A stretch of DNA of 64,000 bases from the NCBI GenBank assembly GCA_033763315.1, contig JANRKS010000031.1, forward strand, positions 96,001-160,000, read 5' to 3'. Positions 28,978 through 39,214 of this stretch are shown here, piece after piece (positions within the stretch are counted from its first letter, which is position 1; each line of letters starts with the position of its first letter). A program made the position numbers and the translations under genes. The notes beneath the pieces are model-generated. The model ran no database searches, was not told where the DNA came from, and worked only from the letters and a program-made list of their open reading frames with translations. This stretch comes from Deltaproteobacteria bacterium (GTDB lineage: Bacteria; Myxococcota_A; Polyangia; Fen-1088).

Positions 28978-29667
28978 ATGAAAGTTGTACTGGCTCTGCT
29001 CACCTTGGGTTTTGTTGCGTTGGCATCAACTGATGACGTGCGCGCGCAAGACGCGTCCCACAGACCTTTGCCGTATCCGTCAAGTGCCCCCTACAACGTG
29101 GCGCCGCCGCCCGGATACCACCAGCACGATGGCTTTTACCTTCACATAGAGTTGGGGTTTGCGGGTGGCAGCTCCAAAACGACCTTGGCCGGCACCGAGC
29201 TGTCGCTGTCGGGCGGTGGCGTTGACTTTGCGCTGGCGCTCGGCGGCGCGGTGGCGCCTCACTGGGTTGTTTTTGGAGAGGTGCAAGTTCTGGGCTTTGA
29301 TGAGCCAACGTCGAAAATAGACGGACAGGAGGTGAATGTGCTTGAGCGCCAGCAGTCGTTCGACTTTGGTGGCGTCGGCCCGGGCGTGGCTTACTACTTC
29401 GACCCGTCCAACATTTTTCTCAGCGCCAGTGTGTTGATCTCATCGCTCAGCGTCACCGACGTGAACGGCAAGGAGCGCTCCACGGATGGGGGCGCGGGCA
29501 TCAACCTGAAGGTGGGCAAAGAGTGGTGGGTTTCGCAAGACTGGGCGTTGGGGGTGTTGTTTGGCGTTCACGCGTCGTCAGCCAAAGAAAAAGACGAAGG
29601 CTTTGTCGAGCCGCCCAGGTGGCACAACCGCGGCGCTTTCCTTAGCTTCAGCGCCACATACAACTAG
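28978..29667 (+). CDS. Small outer-membrane beta-barrel protein
   Basis: Signal peptide, HDGFYL motif, alternating amphipathic strands, GKEWWVS, terminal SFSATYN. Confidence 0.8.
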   Translation: MKVVLALLTLGFVALASTDDVRAQDASHRPLPYPSSAPYNVAPPPGYHQHDGFYLHIELGFAGGSSKTTLAGTELSLSGGGVDFALALGGAVAPHWVVFGEVQVLGFDEPTSKIDGQEVNVLERQQSFDFGGVGPGVAYYFDPSNIFLSASVLISSLSVTDVNGKERSTDGGAGINLKVGKEWWVSQDWALGVLFGVHASSAKEKDEGFVEPPRWHNRGAFLSFSATYN

Positions 29668-29669
29668 CG

Positions 29670-30503
29670 CTAGAAGCGGAAGTTCAACGCAGCGCCGTTG
29701 GGCAGCAGCGAGACGCTTACGGGTGGCGGCGACGCACGCAGCAGCTCTTCTTCAGAGCGCACCTTGTTGCGGCTGATGAGGCCATCGATCACGCCATAAG
29801 CGTAAAGCGCGATAAATGCGGCTCCGGCGGTGATGTTGACGCTCCGAAGGGTGTTTGCCGTATCGGTGCGTTCGGGGCAAACACCTTCACACACTGTTTT
29901 GTTAGGCCGTTGCCAAGTCTTCACCACAGCATAGGTGGTGGCCGCCGTGGCAAGCGTGACCGCTTCACCCACCAGCAGTATCCATCCCTTCACGCGATCG
30001 CCATTATTGAATTGCCCCATGGGCGGCACAAAGTTCCACAGCACGTTGGGGCGGTTGGCCTGATCCGCGGCGCGCAGCTCACGGATGCGACGGCGGCGCA
30101 GATCAAAGAAGAACGTGACGATCTCAGGGCGCGTGGTGGCCGGATCAAGATAGGTGTTGGGGCGCAGCTGCAGCAGCTTCTCGAAGGCGGTGCGTGCGCC
30201 TTCCACACGGCCTGTGACATAAAGGCCGATCCCCAAAAAGCGCAAAGCGGCGGCCTGTTCATCGGTGGTGGCTTCCAATGTGCCGTCGGTGACGAAACGC
30301 GCAGACTCGACAAGCAACGGCATGTCTCCGTACTCATAAGCAGACTCCGCTTGCTTTAGCGCCGCATCGGCCGTGGCTGGCTGCGTTTTGCTTTCGTCGC
30401 GAGGAACGCTGGTGGGCGCATCGGCTGGCGCCGCGAGCCCGTCGTCGGCGTGCACGCTTGAGCAAAACAGCACCAACGCAGAAACGGCGAGAAGATACCT
30501 CAT
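29670..30503 (-). CDS. Secreted TPR-like protein with hydrophobic C-terminal region ending in Phe
   Basis: Signal peptide; ALRFLGIGLY..G..E.AR.AFEKLL (TPR-like); PPMGQF.NG...KG; terminal ALNFRF. Confidence 0.75.
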   Translation of the reverse strand: MRYLLAVSALVLFCSSVHADDGLAAPADAPTSVPRDESKTQPATADAALKQAESAYEYGDMPLLVESARFVTDGTLEATTDEQAAALRFLGIGLYVTGRVEGARTAFEKLLQLRPNTYLDPATTRPEIVTFFFDLRRRRIRELRAADQANRPNVLWNFVPPMGQFNNGDRVKGWILLVGEAVTLATAATTYAVVKTWQRPNKTVCEGVCPERTDTANTLRSVNITAGAAFIALYAYGVIDGLISRNKVRSEEELLRASPPPVSVSLLPNGAALNFRF

Positions 30504-30520
30504 AGTCACTTTGAACATGT

Positions 30521-32476
30521 TTAGATTGAGCCTGGATCGGGAAGCACCAAAACGAAGGTACCACTGCTGTCGGTCACAGCTTCGGAAAGCGGCAACGCGA
30601 CGCCTACGTTGGTGCGGGAATTGTCGATGCAATCGTCCGATAGGTCTGAACAATACGCCTGCACAATCGTTCCGGGCACGCTCTGGCCGGTGCTGTTGCT
30701 GACTTTGCCTGTCAGGCGCACGGTTTTTGGCAAATTGAATACGGGCAGCACCTTATCGGTGTTCTCGGTGGAAATAGATCCAAATACGACCCGAGGGTAA
30801 AGCGTTCCCAGCGGTGGATCCACGCGCAGTCGGTAAGACGCCTGTGGCGACACGTTCAGCACGAAGGCGCCTTGTGTTGTCACGGCCCCCGTGGCTTCCG
30901 GCGCGCCCGTTTTATCCTCAAGGTTCACCGCCACAACACGTAGACCGGCCGGGATGCCGCCCACAACGTTGATCGTTCCTGACACCATCAACGCGGGCGA
31001 AAGCTTGACGGTATCGGCACCGTTGCCGCCGCGCAGATCCACATTGATGGTTGTTTGATGAGCCGAAGGCCATGTGGCCGCTGAAGGGCGTCGCAGCTTT
31101 ACCGTATAAACGCTGCGAGCGAGATCGCGCACAACCACTTGGCCCGCAGCGTCTGCCACGGCGGTCACGGTTACGAACCCAGGCACGCTCACGGGGGCGC
31201 TTGCGCCCACGGTCATTGTCGCCGCATTCGCCTGTGGTGCTGAAAGCAGATCAACCAAAGTAAAAGCCGCGGGCCCGCTGCCGTCAGGCTTGTTGATCGT
31301 TAAAGTTAACGTGGCGGTGGGGCTGTCGGCGTAGTCAATGTTCACAGTCACGTCCGCACCTTCAGTGGGCAGTGATAAACCGGCAGACGCTGGAAGTTCC
31401 AAGGTGGGCCACGACGCGTTCGCGGGCGGCACCAGGCGCACGCTGTGCATGCCCGGTCGTGCGCGAAGAACATACGCGCCAGCTGGGTCCGATTCGCCGA
31501 TCGTTGATGGTTGCTGATCTTTGCGCAACAGCAGGCGTGCACCAACGATGGCAGTGCCACCTCGCGTGATTTTACCGGCCACGCGAACGCCAGGCGACAG
31601 CGGCACTTCCAGGTTCCTCAGCGTGGACGGCGCCTGGCGCGCAATCAACAGCGGCGGTAAGCCGCTTTCTTCGGGAACGATCAGAAGATCAAATGCGTCG
31701 AAGCCGCCAAGGTTCAATACGGGTTTGAACGGCGAGCTGGCCGTGGCGGCTCCTTCTTGCAGGAATGACGAGGTCGAGCTTGAGATGCGAATCACCGAGG
31801 GCGCGAGCACTTTCTGACCGCCCAAAAGCCGCGTCGGCGTGATCTGAGCAACCGCTCCCTCAGTCAAGACAAGGTTAGCGGTGGCATTCGTACCCGCGCG
31901 GATCCTAACGGCGTCGTCCTTCGCCGGGGCATTGCTGGTCGCAGGTGGAATGACACGAAGGAACACCGACTTGGTCAGTGTGTCTGTCGCTTCGGCGGTA
32001 AGCCTCGCTTCGCCTACGCACCCATCGCCCACGCTCACGGAAACGGCATAATTGCCCGCTTGTTCGAGGGGTACTTTGATTAAAGACGCATCGCCGGACG
32101 TGGCTTCAGGCGCGATGCTCACACCGCCGCGTGACACTTGCCACTGCCAGTTGAGGGCAAGCGGCCGCGGTTGCCCCACCACTTCGCCGCGCAAACGTAC
32201 GAACAAGCCCGGGCCTGCGGGCAAGTTTGTTAGATCCGGTGTGGTGACCGATCGAATGTTCACTTGGCAGGGTAACGGTGCCACATCAGGTGTGAAGATA
32301 ACGCCGGCGTCATTGGCGGCGGCGTCAGCACCAGGGATCGAATCGAACTTTACAGAGCCGTCGGCGAGTCCTGCTCCTCCATCGCCCGCCGCTGCGTCTG
32401 CTCCAGTCTCTACGTCATCGTCGCCGGCACACGCACACAGCGTTGCAAGCATCAGGGTCATAAGCAACCGCTTCAT
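30521..32476 (-). CDS. Lipoprotein B2: tandem carboxypeptidase-regulatory-like/Ig beta-sandwich repeats
   Basis: Lipobox CACA/C, DA-rich linker, repeated V.G.V...G..V.G..V...TD..G.F; paralogue of 33606-35657. Confidence 0.8.
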   Translation of the reverse strand: MKRLLMTLMLATLCACAGDDDVETGADAAAGDGGAGLADGSVKFDSIPGADAAANDAGVIFTPDVAPLPCQVNIRSVTTPDLTNLPAGPGLFVRLRGEVVGQPRPLALNWQWQVSRGGVSIAPEATSGDASLIKVPLEQAGNYAVSVSVGDGCVGEARLTAEATDTLTKSVFLRVIPPATSNAPAKDDAVRIRAGTNATANLVLTEGAVAQITPTRLLGGQKVLAPSVIRISSSTSSFLQEGAATASSPFKPVLNLGGFDAFDLLIVPEESGLPPLLIARQAPSTLRNLEVPLSPGVRVAGKITRGGTAIVGARLLLRKDQQPSTIGESDPAGAYVLRARPGMHSVRLVPPANASWPTLELPASAGLSLPTEGADVTVNIDYADSPTATLTLTINKPDGSGPAAFTLVDLLSAPQANAATMTVGASAPVSVPGFVTVTAVADAAGQVVVRDLARSVYTVKLRRPSAATWPSAHQTTINVDLRGGNGADTVKLSPALMVSGTINVVGGIPAGLRVVAVNLEDKTGAPEATGAVTTQGAFVLNVSPQASYRLRVDPPLGTLYPRVVFGSISTENTDKVLPVFNLPKTVRLTGKVSNSTGQSVPGTIVQAYCSDLSDDCIDNSRTNVGVALPLSEAVTDSSGTFVLVLPDPGSI

Positions 32477-33567
32477 AGGATGTACCTCACAGTCCACGTC
32501 ATCCTTTGCGAGCATTGGCCGCCGCCAGACGATGGCGCGTTTGCACTTGCCCTCACGCACGACGCCTCGCTCTCCGCACAGTTGAGCGGCACAGCCATCC
32601 GATCGAGCACTTCCACCCGCACCTCGATTTCATCGCCTTGCACGAATGATTGAGCGGGCAACCTGAAGGACGCTTGGTTGTAATCCGTGACGCGCGCCAT
32701 TTGGTTTTGCCTGCCGGTTTCTTTTTTGCGCAGCAGCCACACGAAATCCACCTTGGATGATTGCCCTTCGCGCGGTGGAAACGGATCGCCATCGTCATCA
32801 ACAGCAACGGTGAACGCCACATCTTCGTCCCAGCGGCGTAAGATCGTCCCTGCGCCGCCGCTTTCGGTGTCGCGTACGCACGGCAGCTGATCAGGCCTGA
32901 CCTCAAAGCTTGTGGACGCTATGGCGCCAGCCATTCCCAAGCTGTCGGTGACCGCGAGGTGTGCCGCATATTTTCCGGGCGTGGGAGGCGAAAAACACAG
33001 CACGCTGCCATCGTTCGGCTCGGCGCATGGTGTTCCTGGCATCGTGGAGCCATCGGGCAACGTGATCGTCCACGCAAAAGCCATAACGCCGTCTTTCTCC
33101 GCATCCATGGCGCCGCCCGCGATCATTAGCTCTTGGTAGAGGGCGAACACGGGTGTGGCCGTTGGCAGCAGTCCTTTGAACGATATGGTCGCGGTGGGCC
33201 CTTGGTTTTCCACAACCACGTCCTTCCACACCAGCGTTTCTGCGCCCTGGCTATCCTGCGCCAGAACCCACACGCAAACGGGCCCCGGTGTTTCTGTTTT
33301 CACCGAAAAAGCCGGACCGCTCACAGCCGCGCCCAATGTGGCGCGCGGTCGTGCGGCCAGATCCGCAGGGCACGCGCCCGGCAACCAGCCCCATTGCAGC
33401 GCAGCGGTGTCTGCGTCCACCGTGAACTGTTGGCTGCTGTTGCGACCTATTTTGTCCGGGCCCTTGATGGGTCCCACCTCAGGCGCTTCATTGATCGGTT
33501 CAGACAGCAAACAACCTGCGTTTGCCGCGCAAAGAACGCTGAAACTCAAAAGCCACTGCCTGCTCAT
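32473..33567 (-). CDS. Lipoprotein A2: PKD/Ig-like repeats with Cys-rich C-terminus
   Basis: NAGCLLSEPINEAPEV; DSQGA; C-terminal QRMTWTVR; paralogue of 35654-36739. Confidence 0.8.
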   Translation of the reverse strand: MSRQWLLSFSVLCAANAGCLLSEPINEAPEVGPIKGPDKIGRNSSQQFTVDADTAALQWGWLPGACPADLAARPRATLGAAVSGPAFSVKTETPGPVCVWVLAQDSQGAETLVWKDVVVENQGPTATISFKGLLPTATPVFALYQELMIAGGAMDAEKDGVMAFAWTITLPDGSTMPGTPCAEPNDGSVLCFSPPTPGKYAAHLAVTDSLGMAGAIASTSFEVRPDQLPCVRDTESGGAGTILRRWDEDVAFTVAVDDDGDPFPPREGQSSKVDFVWLLRKKETGRQNQMARVTDYNQASFRLPAQSFVQGDEIEVRVEVLDRMAVPLNCAESEASCVRASANAPSSGGGQCSQRMTWTVRYIL

Positions 33568-33605
33568 TGCGGTGAAACTAACATAAGATTGAGCTGCGGT
33601 TATGG

Positions 33606-35657
33606 TCACAACGATGTGGGGTCGGCGCCCAACAAAACGAACCGGCCGGCGTTGTCGGTGCGCACTTCTGATAGTGGAATCGCAGCGTCGGAAGCGCCCG
33701 TCGAAGATGCCGCTGACGCTTGCCAGCCGCACGACGCCACGCAGTCGAAGCTTTTGCCCACGCAGAAAAGTTGCGTGATGCTTCCACCCAGCGCCCCCGT
33801 TGCCGAACGAATCGTACCCGTGATGCGTGTGGCCGCTTCGAGCGTTCGTGCCACGGCGATCGTCATGTCAGCGCCCTGCACGCCAACCTCACCTAAAGAC
33901 GCGTTCGGATAGCCGGTGGCGGGCAATGGCAGCACGCGCAACCGGTAGGTTCGATAAGGAGGCAGGGCCAACATGTAGCCGCCGTCCGGCCCCACCTTTG
34001 CGGTAAATGGTGGATCCGCGGATGCACCGGTATCGAACGCCTGGATCGTGGCACCGGCGGCCGCTGCGAGGGGCAGCAATGCGCCGCGCACCTTCACGGG
34101 TGCGGCCAGGCCGCGCATCACGGAAGCGTTCTGCACACCCACATCGATCGTCATGGCGGTGCGTGCCAGCCCCGGCGCCCTTGGCGGCGTGAGCAACAAG
34201 TTGTATTGGCCCACAGGCAAGCCTTCGAATGTAATGGCTCCGTTGCCATCGGTGATTGCCCGGCGCAAGACGGTGCCTCGCAGGGGCCGCGCTGTGGTGG
34301 TGCCGACCTGTAACGTGCCTGCGTTTTCGATGGGCGCTGAACGTTCCATTTGCACTTCCACACCTGCCACAGGTGTGGTGCCCACCGGATCGCGAATCTG
34401 CAGGGCCAGGTTCGATGCCTGCAAGCTCGCCCAACTGATGTTTACATCTTCGAGGCTGCCGAACTCGGGCACCGCCAACCCTTGGCTTTCATCTAAGATG
34501 AGATCGGGCAAAGATGAGCCTTCATCGCCGCGTATGATGGCTGAAAACATGCCCTTAGTGCTGCGGAGAACAAACGCGCCCGTGGCATCGCTGATGCCCA
34601 GCGTGGAAGGCACGCCGCCATTTCGCATCAGCAGGCGCGCTTTCGCGACCGCAACACCTGCCCTTTTCACGTGGCCTCTGATGGCTGTGCCTTCGGGTAA
34701 CTTCAAAGGAGGCATCGTCTTGAGCTCCACCAGATTCTTGTTGGCGAGCAGAAGCGGGGCGAGCGTGTCGCCATCGGGCACAATGAGAACATTGTAACCA
34801 AGCCATCCATCAAGTTGCGCTTTGAACGCCGCCACCGTGCCCTGTGCGTTTTGCGTGTGACTTTCCCAACGAAAAGATGACGTTGTTGAAATGATGCTCA
34901 CAAAGGCAGGTACGACCACACTGCCCGCGGGTGAATCCCTTTGAGGCGCGATGGTGACATCTACGGCGGGCCTGAGCTCCAGGTTTTGTTGCGTTTCGGC
35001 ACCGCTTGTCAGCGTCAAGGGCTCTTCCCGGGGCAGGAGCCCCAAGTTCGGCGGTGGCAGAACCCGCAAACACAGATCCGTGGTTCGCTCGTTGGCGTTT
35101 ACGGCCAGCAACACTCGCGTCACAGTGCACGTTTTGTCGTCTACGGTGCCCGTCAGCGAAACAAGATACGTGCCTGGCTGTTGGACGGGGAACCGGAACT
35201 CCGATGTGCCTTGATCTTCTGAGGCAACGGACGTCAATGAGTTTTGCAATTGCACCGACCAGGCGAAGGTCGAACCAGCCTTCATCTCGCCCGGACGCAC
35301 GCGCGCTTGCAGCACCACTTCGGCATTGGGGCTAGCCATCACTCGGGTAAGATCGCTGTTGGTCAGGCTGCCGATGTCCAGCGGGCAATCGACCGCCATA
35401 TCCGCGGGTGAGCCACCCGAACCCAGCGAGCCGCCACTGGCGCTTGAGCCGCCGAGGCCTCCGCCGCTGGATGAGCCGCCTTTGCCCCCTGCCTCGGAGC
35501 TTTGCTCACCGCCACCGCCTGAGGGCACGCCGTTGCTGTCACCCCCGCTCCCATCATTGTCGCTGCCGCTGCCCCGGTCAGACGAAGCCACTCCGCTGCA
35601 CGCCACCAGCGCGAGCGCAAACAACCCGCAAGCGGCACGAAGCTGCGAGACACTCAT
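33606..35657 (-). CDS. Lipoprotein B1: tandem carboxypeptidase-regulatory-like/Ig repeats
   Basis: Lipobox LVAC, Gly/Ser linker, PSTLGISDATGAFVLR, PLSEVRTDNAGRFVL. Confidence 0.8.
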   Translation of the reverse strand: MSVSQLRAACGLFALALVACSGVASSDRGSGSDNDGSGGDSNGVPSGGGGEQSSEAGGKGGSSSGGGLGGSSASGGSLGSGGSPADMAVDCPLDIGSLTNSDLTRVMASPNAEVVLQARVRPGEMKAGSTFAWSVQLQNSLTSVASEDQGTSEFRFPVQQPGTYLVSLTGTVDDKTCTVTRVLLAVNANERTTDLCLRVLPPPNLGLLPREEPLTLTSGAETQQNLELRPAVDVTIAPQRDSPAGSVVVPAFVSIISTTSSFRWESHTQNAQGTVAAFKAQLDGWLGYNVLIVPDGDTLAPLLLANKNLVELKTMPPLKLPEGTAIRGHVKRAGVAVAKARLLMRNGGVPSTLGISDATGAFVLRSTKGMFSAIIRGDEGSSLPDLILDESQGLAVPEFGSLEDVNISWASLQASNLALQIRDPVGTTPVAGVEVQMERSAPIENAGTLQVGTTTARPLRGTVLRRAITDGNGAITFEGLPVGQYNLLLTPPRAPGLARTAMTIDVGVQNASVMRGLAAPVKVRGALLPLAAAAGATIQAFDTGASADPPFTAKVGPDGGYMLALPPYRTYRLRVLPLPATGYPNASLGEVGVQGADMTIAVARTLEAATRITGTIRSATGALGGSITQLFCVGKSFDCVASCGWQASAASSTGASDAAIPLSEVRTDNAGRFVLLGADPTSL

Positions 35658-36739
35658 CGGAACCTCACTGTCCACGTCATGCGCTGCAAGCACAGGCTGG
35701 TGCCGCACACGTCGTCGCTGGCTTTACACGTCGCGGGCCGCGCCACGCGATCAAACACGTCCACACGCACGCGCAGCTCGTCGGCCGGTAGATACCGGTT
35801 GGGCAAGACGTAAACGCGATCCGTTTGTTCCACCAAGGCCAGGAATGTTGAGCTGCTGCTGTCGCTGACACTCCATTGAAAACGAGCCTTCGAGCTGCCT
35901 TGGCTCGTGGTTGGAAACGCATCCAGATCGTCTGCCACAAATACCTCGAAATGCAGCGGCTCACGCGCGTCTTGCACCACCTGTGCGGCGCGGGGCATGG
36001 CCAGAAGGCACGGCGGTTGATCCTCATCTGCCATCACCTCAAGCTTGCGGTCGATTGCGACAAGTGATCGCGTTGCGTCGGCGGCGCCCCACTTTACCGT
36101 CACCACCCACGGCCCCGGCGTTGTGACCACAAAACAGTGATCGCTTGCAGGCCGTTTCGCGTCTTCGCAGGTGCCGAACGCCACATCTTCGCCATCAGGC
36201 GTTTGCAGCGCGAGCGTGAAAACAGGCACGTCTCCCGCATCAGGATCGCTTGCCACCGCGCTTACCACCACTTCGCTGCCAAGCCTTGCCTTGCTTCCGG
36301 CCGCCGGTTGCACCTGCATCAGCGCCACCTCTGGCTGTCGATCCGAAACCCTAATCTCGGATTGTGCGATCGCATGGGCACCTTGGCTGTCTGTCGCTTG
36401 CACGCGAATGCAAAAATCGCCCAGCTCGTTGGATCCGGGGGTGAAGACGAAGCTTGATCCCGTGGCGTCGGATGTCCAAGCCATGGGCTTCGGGCCGCAT
36501 GCACCCTGCGTTTTGTTCCAGGCAAAGCGAATCGAAGCGGCACCTTCGTTCGCGACGCCCGCTGCAAAGGTGATTTGCTGTCCACGGTAAAACGGGCCCT
36601 GTGGCGGCGTGATCGACACTTCAGGCGCCATGTTGATCGGCTCCCCCAAAAGGCAGGCCGTCAAACTCGTGAGGGCTGTCAGGCCTATCAGGGCAAGGCA
36701 GGAGCTCACCCACGCTCCTTGGAACCATGTCCGTATCAC
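35654..36739 (-). CDS. Lipoprotein A1: PKD/Ig-like repeats with Cys-rich C-terminus
   Basis: LTACLLGEPINMAPEV; TDSQGA; C-terminal QRMTWTVRFR. Confidence 0.8.
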   Translation of the reverse strand: MIRTWFQGAWVSSCLALIGLTALTSLTACLLGEPINMAPEVSITPPQGPFYRGQQITFAAGVANEGAASIRFAWNKTQGACGPKPMAWTSDATGSSFVFTPGSNELGDFCIRVQATDSQGAHAIAQSEIRVSDRQPEVALMQVQPAAGSKARLGSEVVVSAVASDPDAGDVPVFTLALQTPDGEDVAFGTCEDAKRPASDHCFVVTTPGPWVVTVKWGAADATRSLVAIDRKLEVMADEDQPPCLLAMPRAAQVVQDAREPLHFEVFVADDLDAFPTTSQGSSKARFQWSVSDSSSSTFLALVEQTDRVYVLPNRYLPADELRVRVDVFDRVARPATCKASDDVCGTSLCLQRMTWTVRFR

Positions 36740-36767
36740 GCGTTGACGTTACCATACCGATGGCTTG

Positions 36768-36783
36768 TGCAAGGCGGAGGCCA
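36768..36783 (-). promoter_or_regulatory. Candidate sigma54 promoter for the A1-B1-A2-B2-TPR block
   Basis: Minus strand TGGCCTCCGCCTTGCA, GG-N10-GC with TTGCA. Confidence 0.55.
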
Positions 36784-36891
36784 CACGCTGGGGGCGCGAT
36801 TTTGAACGGCTTTTGGGGCCGCGGCGCCGTGTCTATGCTCGCGCCTTTGAGGAAGGCGGATCGGAATGTCGGGGTTACGTCGTCTGAGGCC

Positions 36892-38664
36892 TTAGGGATG
36901 GGCGCCCGAAGATCCCGCCGGCACGATGGGTTTGCCCGTGGCGTCGGGGACGATGTTGACGTCGAGGCGCGCGCCCGGTTTCACGCTTAGCGTTGTCACA
37001 AGGACGCGGGGCCCCTCTTTGGTCAAAGCGCAAAACACTTGGTGCGGGCCAGGCTGCACCACATCGTAAATCCGCGGTGGCGCCTTGCGGCTGTTGTCGC
37101 CGTCGAGCGACGGAAAACAAAATGCAAAGCGCGCGAACAGCCGCACCGAAGCGGGCAGGGGAGCGACCGTTTCGGATGGCGTAGGTTTTGCGGCGGCTGG
37201 CTCTGGCGGTGGCGGAGTTGGCGCAGGCACTTCCGCCGGTGGCAGCGAGGTGGCGATGACCTCCGGTTTCTTCCTGGGCACACGCTTGGCGGCTTTCGGC
37301 GCCGCGAGCACAGGCGCCGCGTCCGGCGTGGTGTGGCCATTTGCGGCCGCCACCGGCGCCGGGGCGATCGAGGTTGGCGCTGGTGGTTTGATCGTTTCCG
37401 TCACAGCCGCGTCAAACGGAGCCGCCGGCAGCGCGCGCTTGTGCTGCGCCGACCACCGAACGCCGCCCCAGATCGCTGCGGCCAACAAGGCGCCGCCACC
37501 CGCGGCCAACACAACGCGGCCCCATTTGCGTTGCGACGAAAGCCTGTCGATCATGCGCGACGCTTCGGCGTGGTTCGGCACGTACGCCACCGCACGACCA
37601 AGTTCTGCCAAGGCCCGTGCCAACTGCCGTTTGCGTACAAAAGCACGCGCGTTCTGCACCGCATGCGCTGCCAATTTCGGCGCCAGCGTTTCCGCCAGTT
37701 GCGTTGGCTTATCCAAAAGCTCGCGCACAACCTTGGACGGATCGGTCAGTCCCACGTGGCCCGCGCAGGCGCGAAGTTGCATCGCCAGCTCTTGCGCCGA
37801 TGCAATGCGATCGCTCGGGTTGGGGCGCAAGCAACCAACGATGATGCGATCGAGTTCGGGACCCACGCGTGCGTCGATCTGTCCCGCACGTCGATACTCG
37901 CCTTTGCAGATCGATGTGATCACCGTGATCGGATCGCGTCCTGCAAATGGCAGCTTGCCGGTGGCCATCTGGTAAAGCAGCACACCCATCGCCCACACAT
38001 CAACGGCGGGCCCCACACTTTGCCCACGGGCTTGTTCGGGTGCCATATACGCGGGCGAGCCCACCATCGCTCCCGTGGCCGTCATGGTCGTCAGATCGCC
38101 CACGTGCGCCACACCAAAATCTGCCAGCACCACGCGCGCGCCCTGATCACGCCGTTCGATCATGATGTTGGCGGGCTTCACATCGCGGTGAACCACGCCG
38201 TGCTTGTGCGCCGCAAACAGAGCCTCGGCCACCTCGGCCGCCACCAACGCAGCCAGCTCAGGGATCAACGCGCCGCCTCGCGCTTGCAGCAACGATTGCA
38301 GCGTTTCCCCAACGATCAGCTCCTCGATGAGATAGGCACTGTGCCCGCCTGCGGCCGGGACAAAATCATAGACCTCCACGATGTTCGGGTGGCGAAGCGC
38401 AGCCACCGCCATCGCTTCGCGACGAAACCTCTCCGCGCCTCCACTTTGGCTGGCCACAGCGGGGTTCAAAACCTTGATCGCCACGCGCCGGCCCAAGGTG
38501 GGATCGTGAGCACGGAACACGGTTGCCATGGCCCCGTGACCGAGCGGATACTCCAACACAAAACGACCCAGCACATCGCCCGCACGCGGCGGTTGAATCG
38601 CGGACGCCTGGGAGGGATGTGCGCCGTCCAGCTCTTCTTGTGAGGGATCGTTGCGCTCGGTCAC
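36892..38664 (-). CDS. Membrane Ser/Thr protein kinase with TPR-like helix and PEGA-like C-terminus
   Basis: LGHGAMATV, VAIK, HRDVKPAN, DFG, YMAPEQ; TM helix; Pro/Ala linker. Confidence 0.92.
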   Translation of the reverse strand: MTERNDPSQEELDGAHPSQASAIQPPRAGDVLGRFVLEYPLGHGAMATVFRAHDPTLGRRVAIKVLNPAVASQSGGAERFRREAMAVAALRHPNIVEVYDFVPAAGGHSAYLIEELIVGETLQSLLQARGGALIPELAALVAAEVAEALFAAHKHGVVHRDVKPANIMIERRDQGARVVLADFGVAHVGDLTTMTATGAMVGSPAYMAPEQARGQSVGPAVDVWAMGVLLYQMATGKLPFAGRDPITVITSICKGEYRRAGQIDARVGPELDRIIVGCLRPNPSDRIASAQELAMQLRACAGHVGLTDPSKVVRELLDKPTQLAETLAPKLAAHAVQNARAFVRKRQLARALAELGRAVAYVPNHAEASRMIDRLSSQRKWGRVVLAAGGGALLAAAIWGGVRWSAQHKRALPAAPFDAAVTETIKPPAPTSIAPAPVAAANGHTTPDAAPVLAAPKAAKRVPRKKPEVIATSLPPAEVPAPTPPPPEPAAAKPTPSETVAPLPASVRLFARFAFCFPSLDGDNSRKAPPRIYDVVQPGPHQVFCALTKEGPRVLVTTLSVKPGARLDVNIVPDATGKPIVPAGSSGAHP

Positions 38665-38670
38665 GCTGGC

Positions 38671-39201
38671 CTACGACGTTTTGCCCGCGCCCGCTTTGGC
38701 TTCGGCAAGCTTTTCGGAGATCACCGCGGCACCAGGTTCAAAGGTGCGCGCGAAATTGAAGTTCAATGCGGCGCCTTTAAAGTCTTTGTTGCCCAAGGCA
38801 ATCATCCCAAGCCGGAAGAATTTCTTGGCGTCTGGGTGCTTCAAGGTCTCTTCAGGGTTCACTGGCCCGCGGCGCTCCCGCGACGTTGTCAGCAAGCGCT
38901 TTTGCCCGCGCGTCAGCGCTTCGTCGTATTGGGCACGCTTGGCGGGATCCGAGAGCACACGATAGCCTTCGGCGATCCGAGCGTAGATCGTTTCCAGGCG
39001 ACGCTTGGCATCCGCGTCAGGCAGCGTTGCGTATCGATCGGGGTGCAGCTTGGCGGCCACTTCGTAAAACGCCTTGCGCAACGTTGGCTGATCGGCTTTA
39101 GGGTTCACGTTCAGAAGCTCGTAGTACGAACGACTTTCCAGCGTCGGCTCCACCAACCGCGCAAACGACGCTAGCTGCAGCAACTGTTCAGAGACACTCA
39201 T
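38671..39201 (-). CDS. J-domain co-chaperone with short TPR-like C-terminus
   Basis: SYYELLNV...AAKLHPD...GYRVLSDP.KRAQYD. Confidence 0.9.
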   Translation of the reverse strand: MSVSEQLLQLASFARLVEPTLESRSYYELLNVNPKADQPTLRKAFYEVAAKLHPDRYATLPDADAKRRLETIYARIAEGYRVLSDPAKRAQYDEALTRGQKRLLTTSRERRGPVNPEETLKHPDAKKFFRLGMIALGNKDFKGAALNFNFARTFEPGAAVISEKLAEAKAGAGKTS

Positions 39202-39214
39202 GGTTCATGCAACT

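Noticed and set aside
37039-38643. 534-aa plus-strand ORF
   Set aside because: Antisense shadow of the Ser/Thr kinase; Arg/His-rich with no motifs, typical of high-GC DNA.
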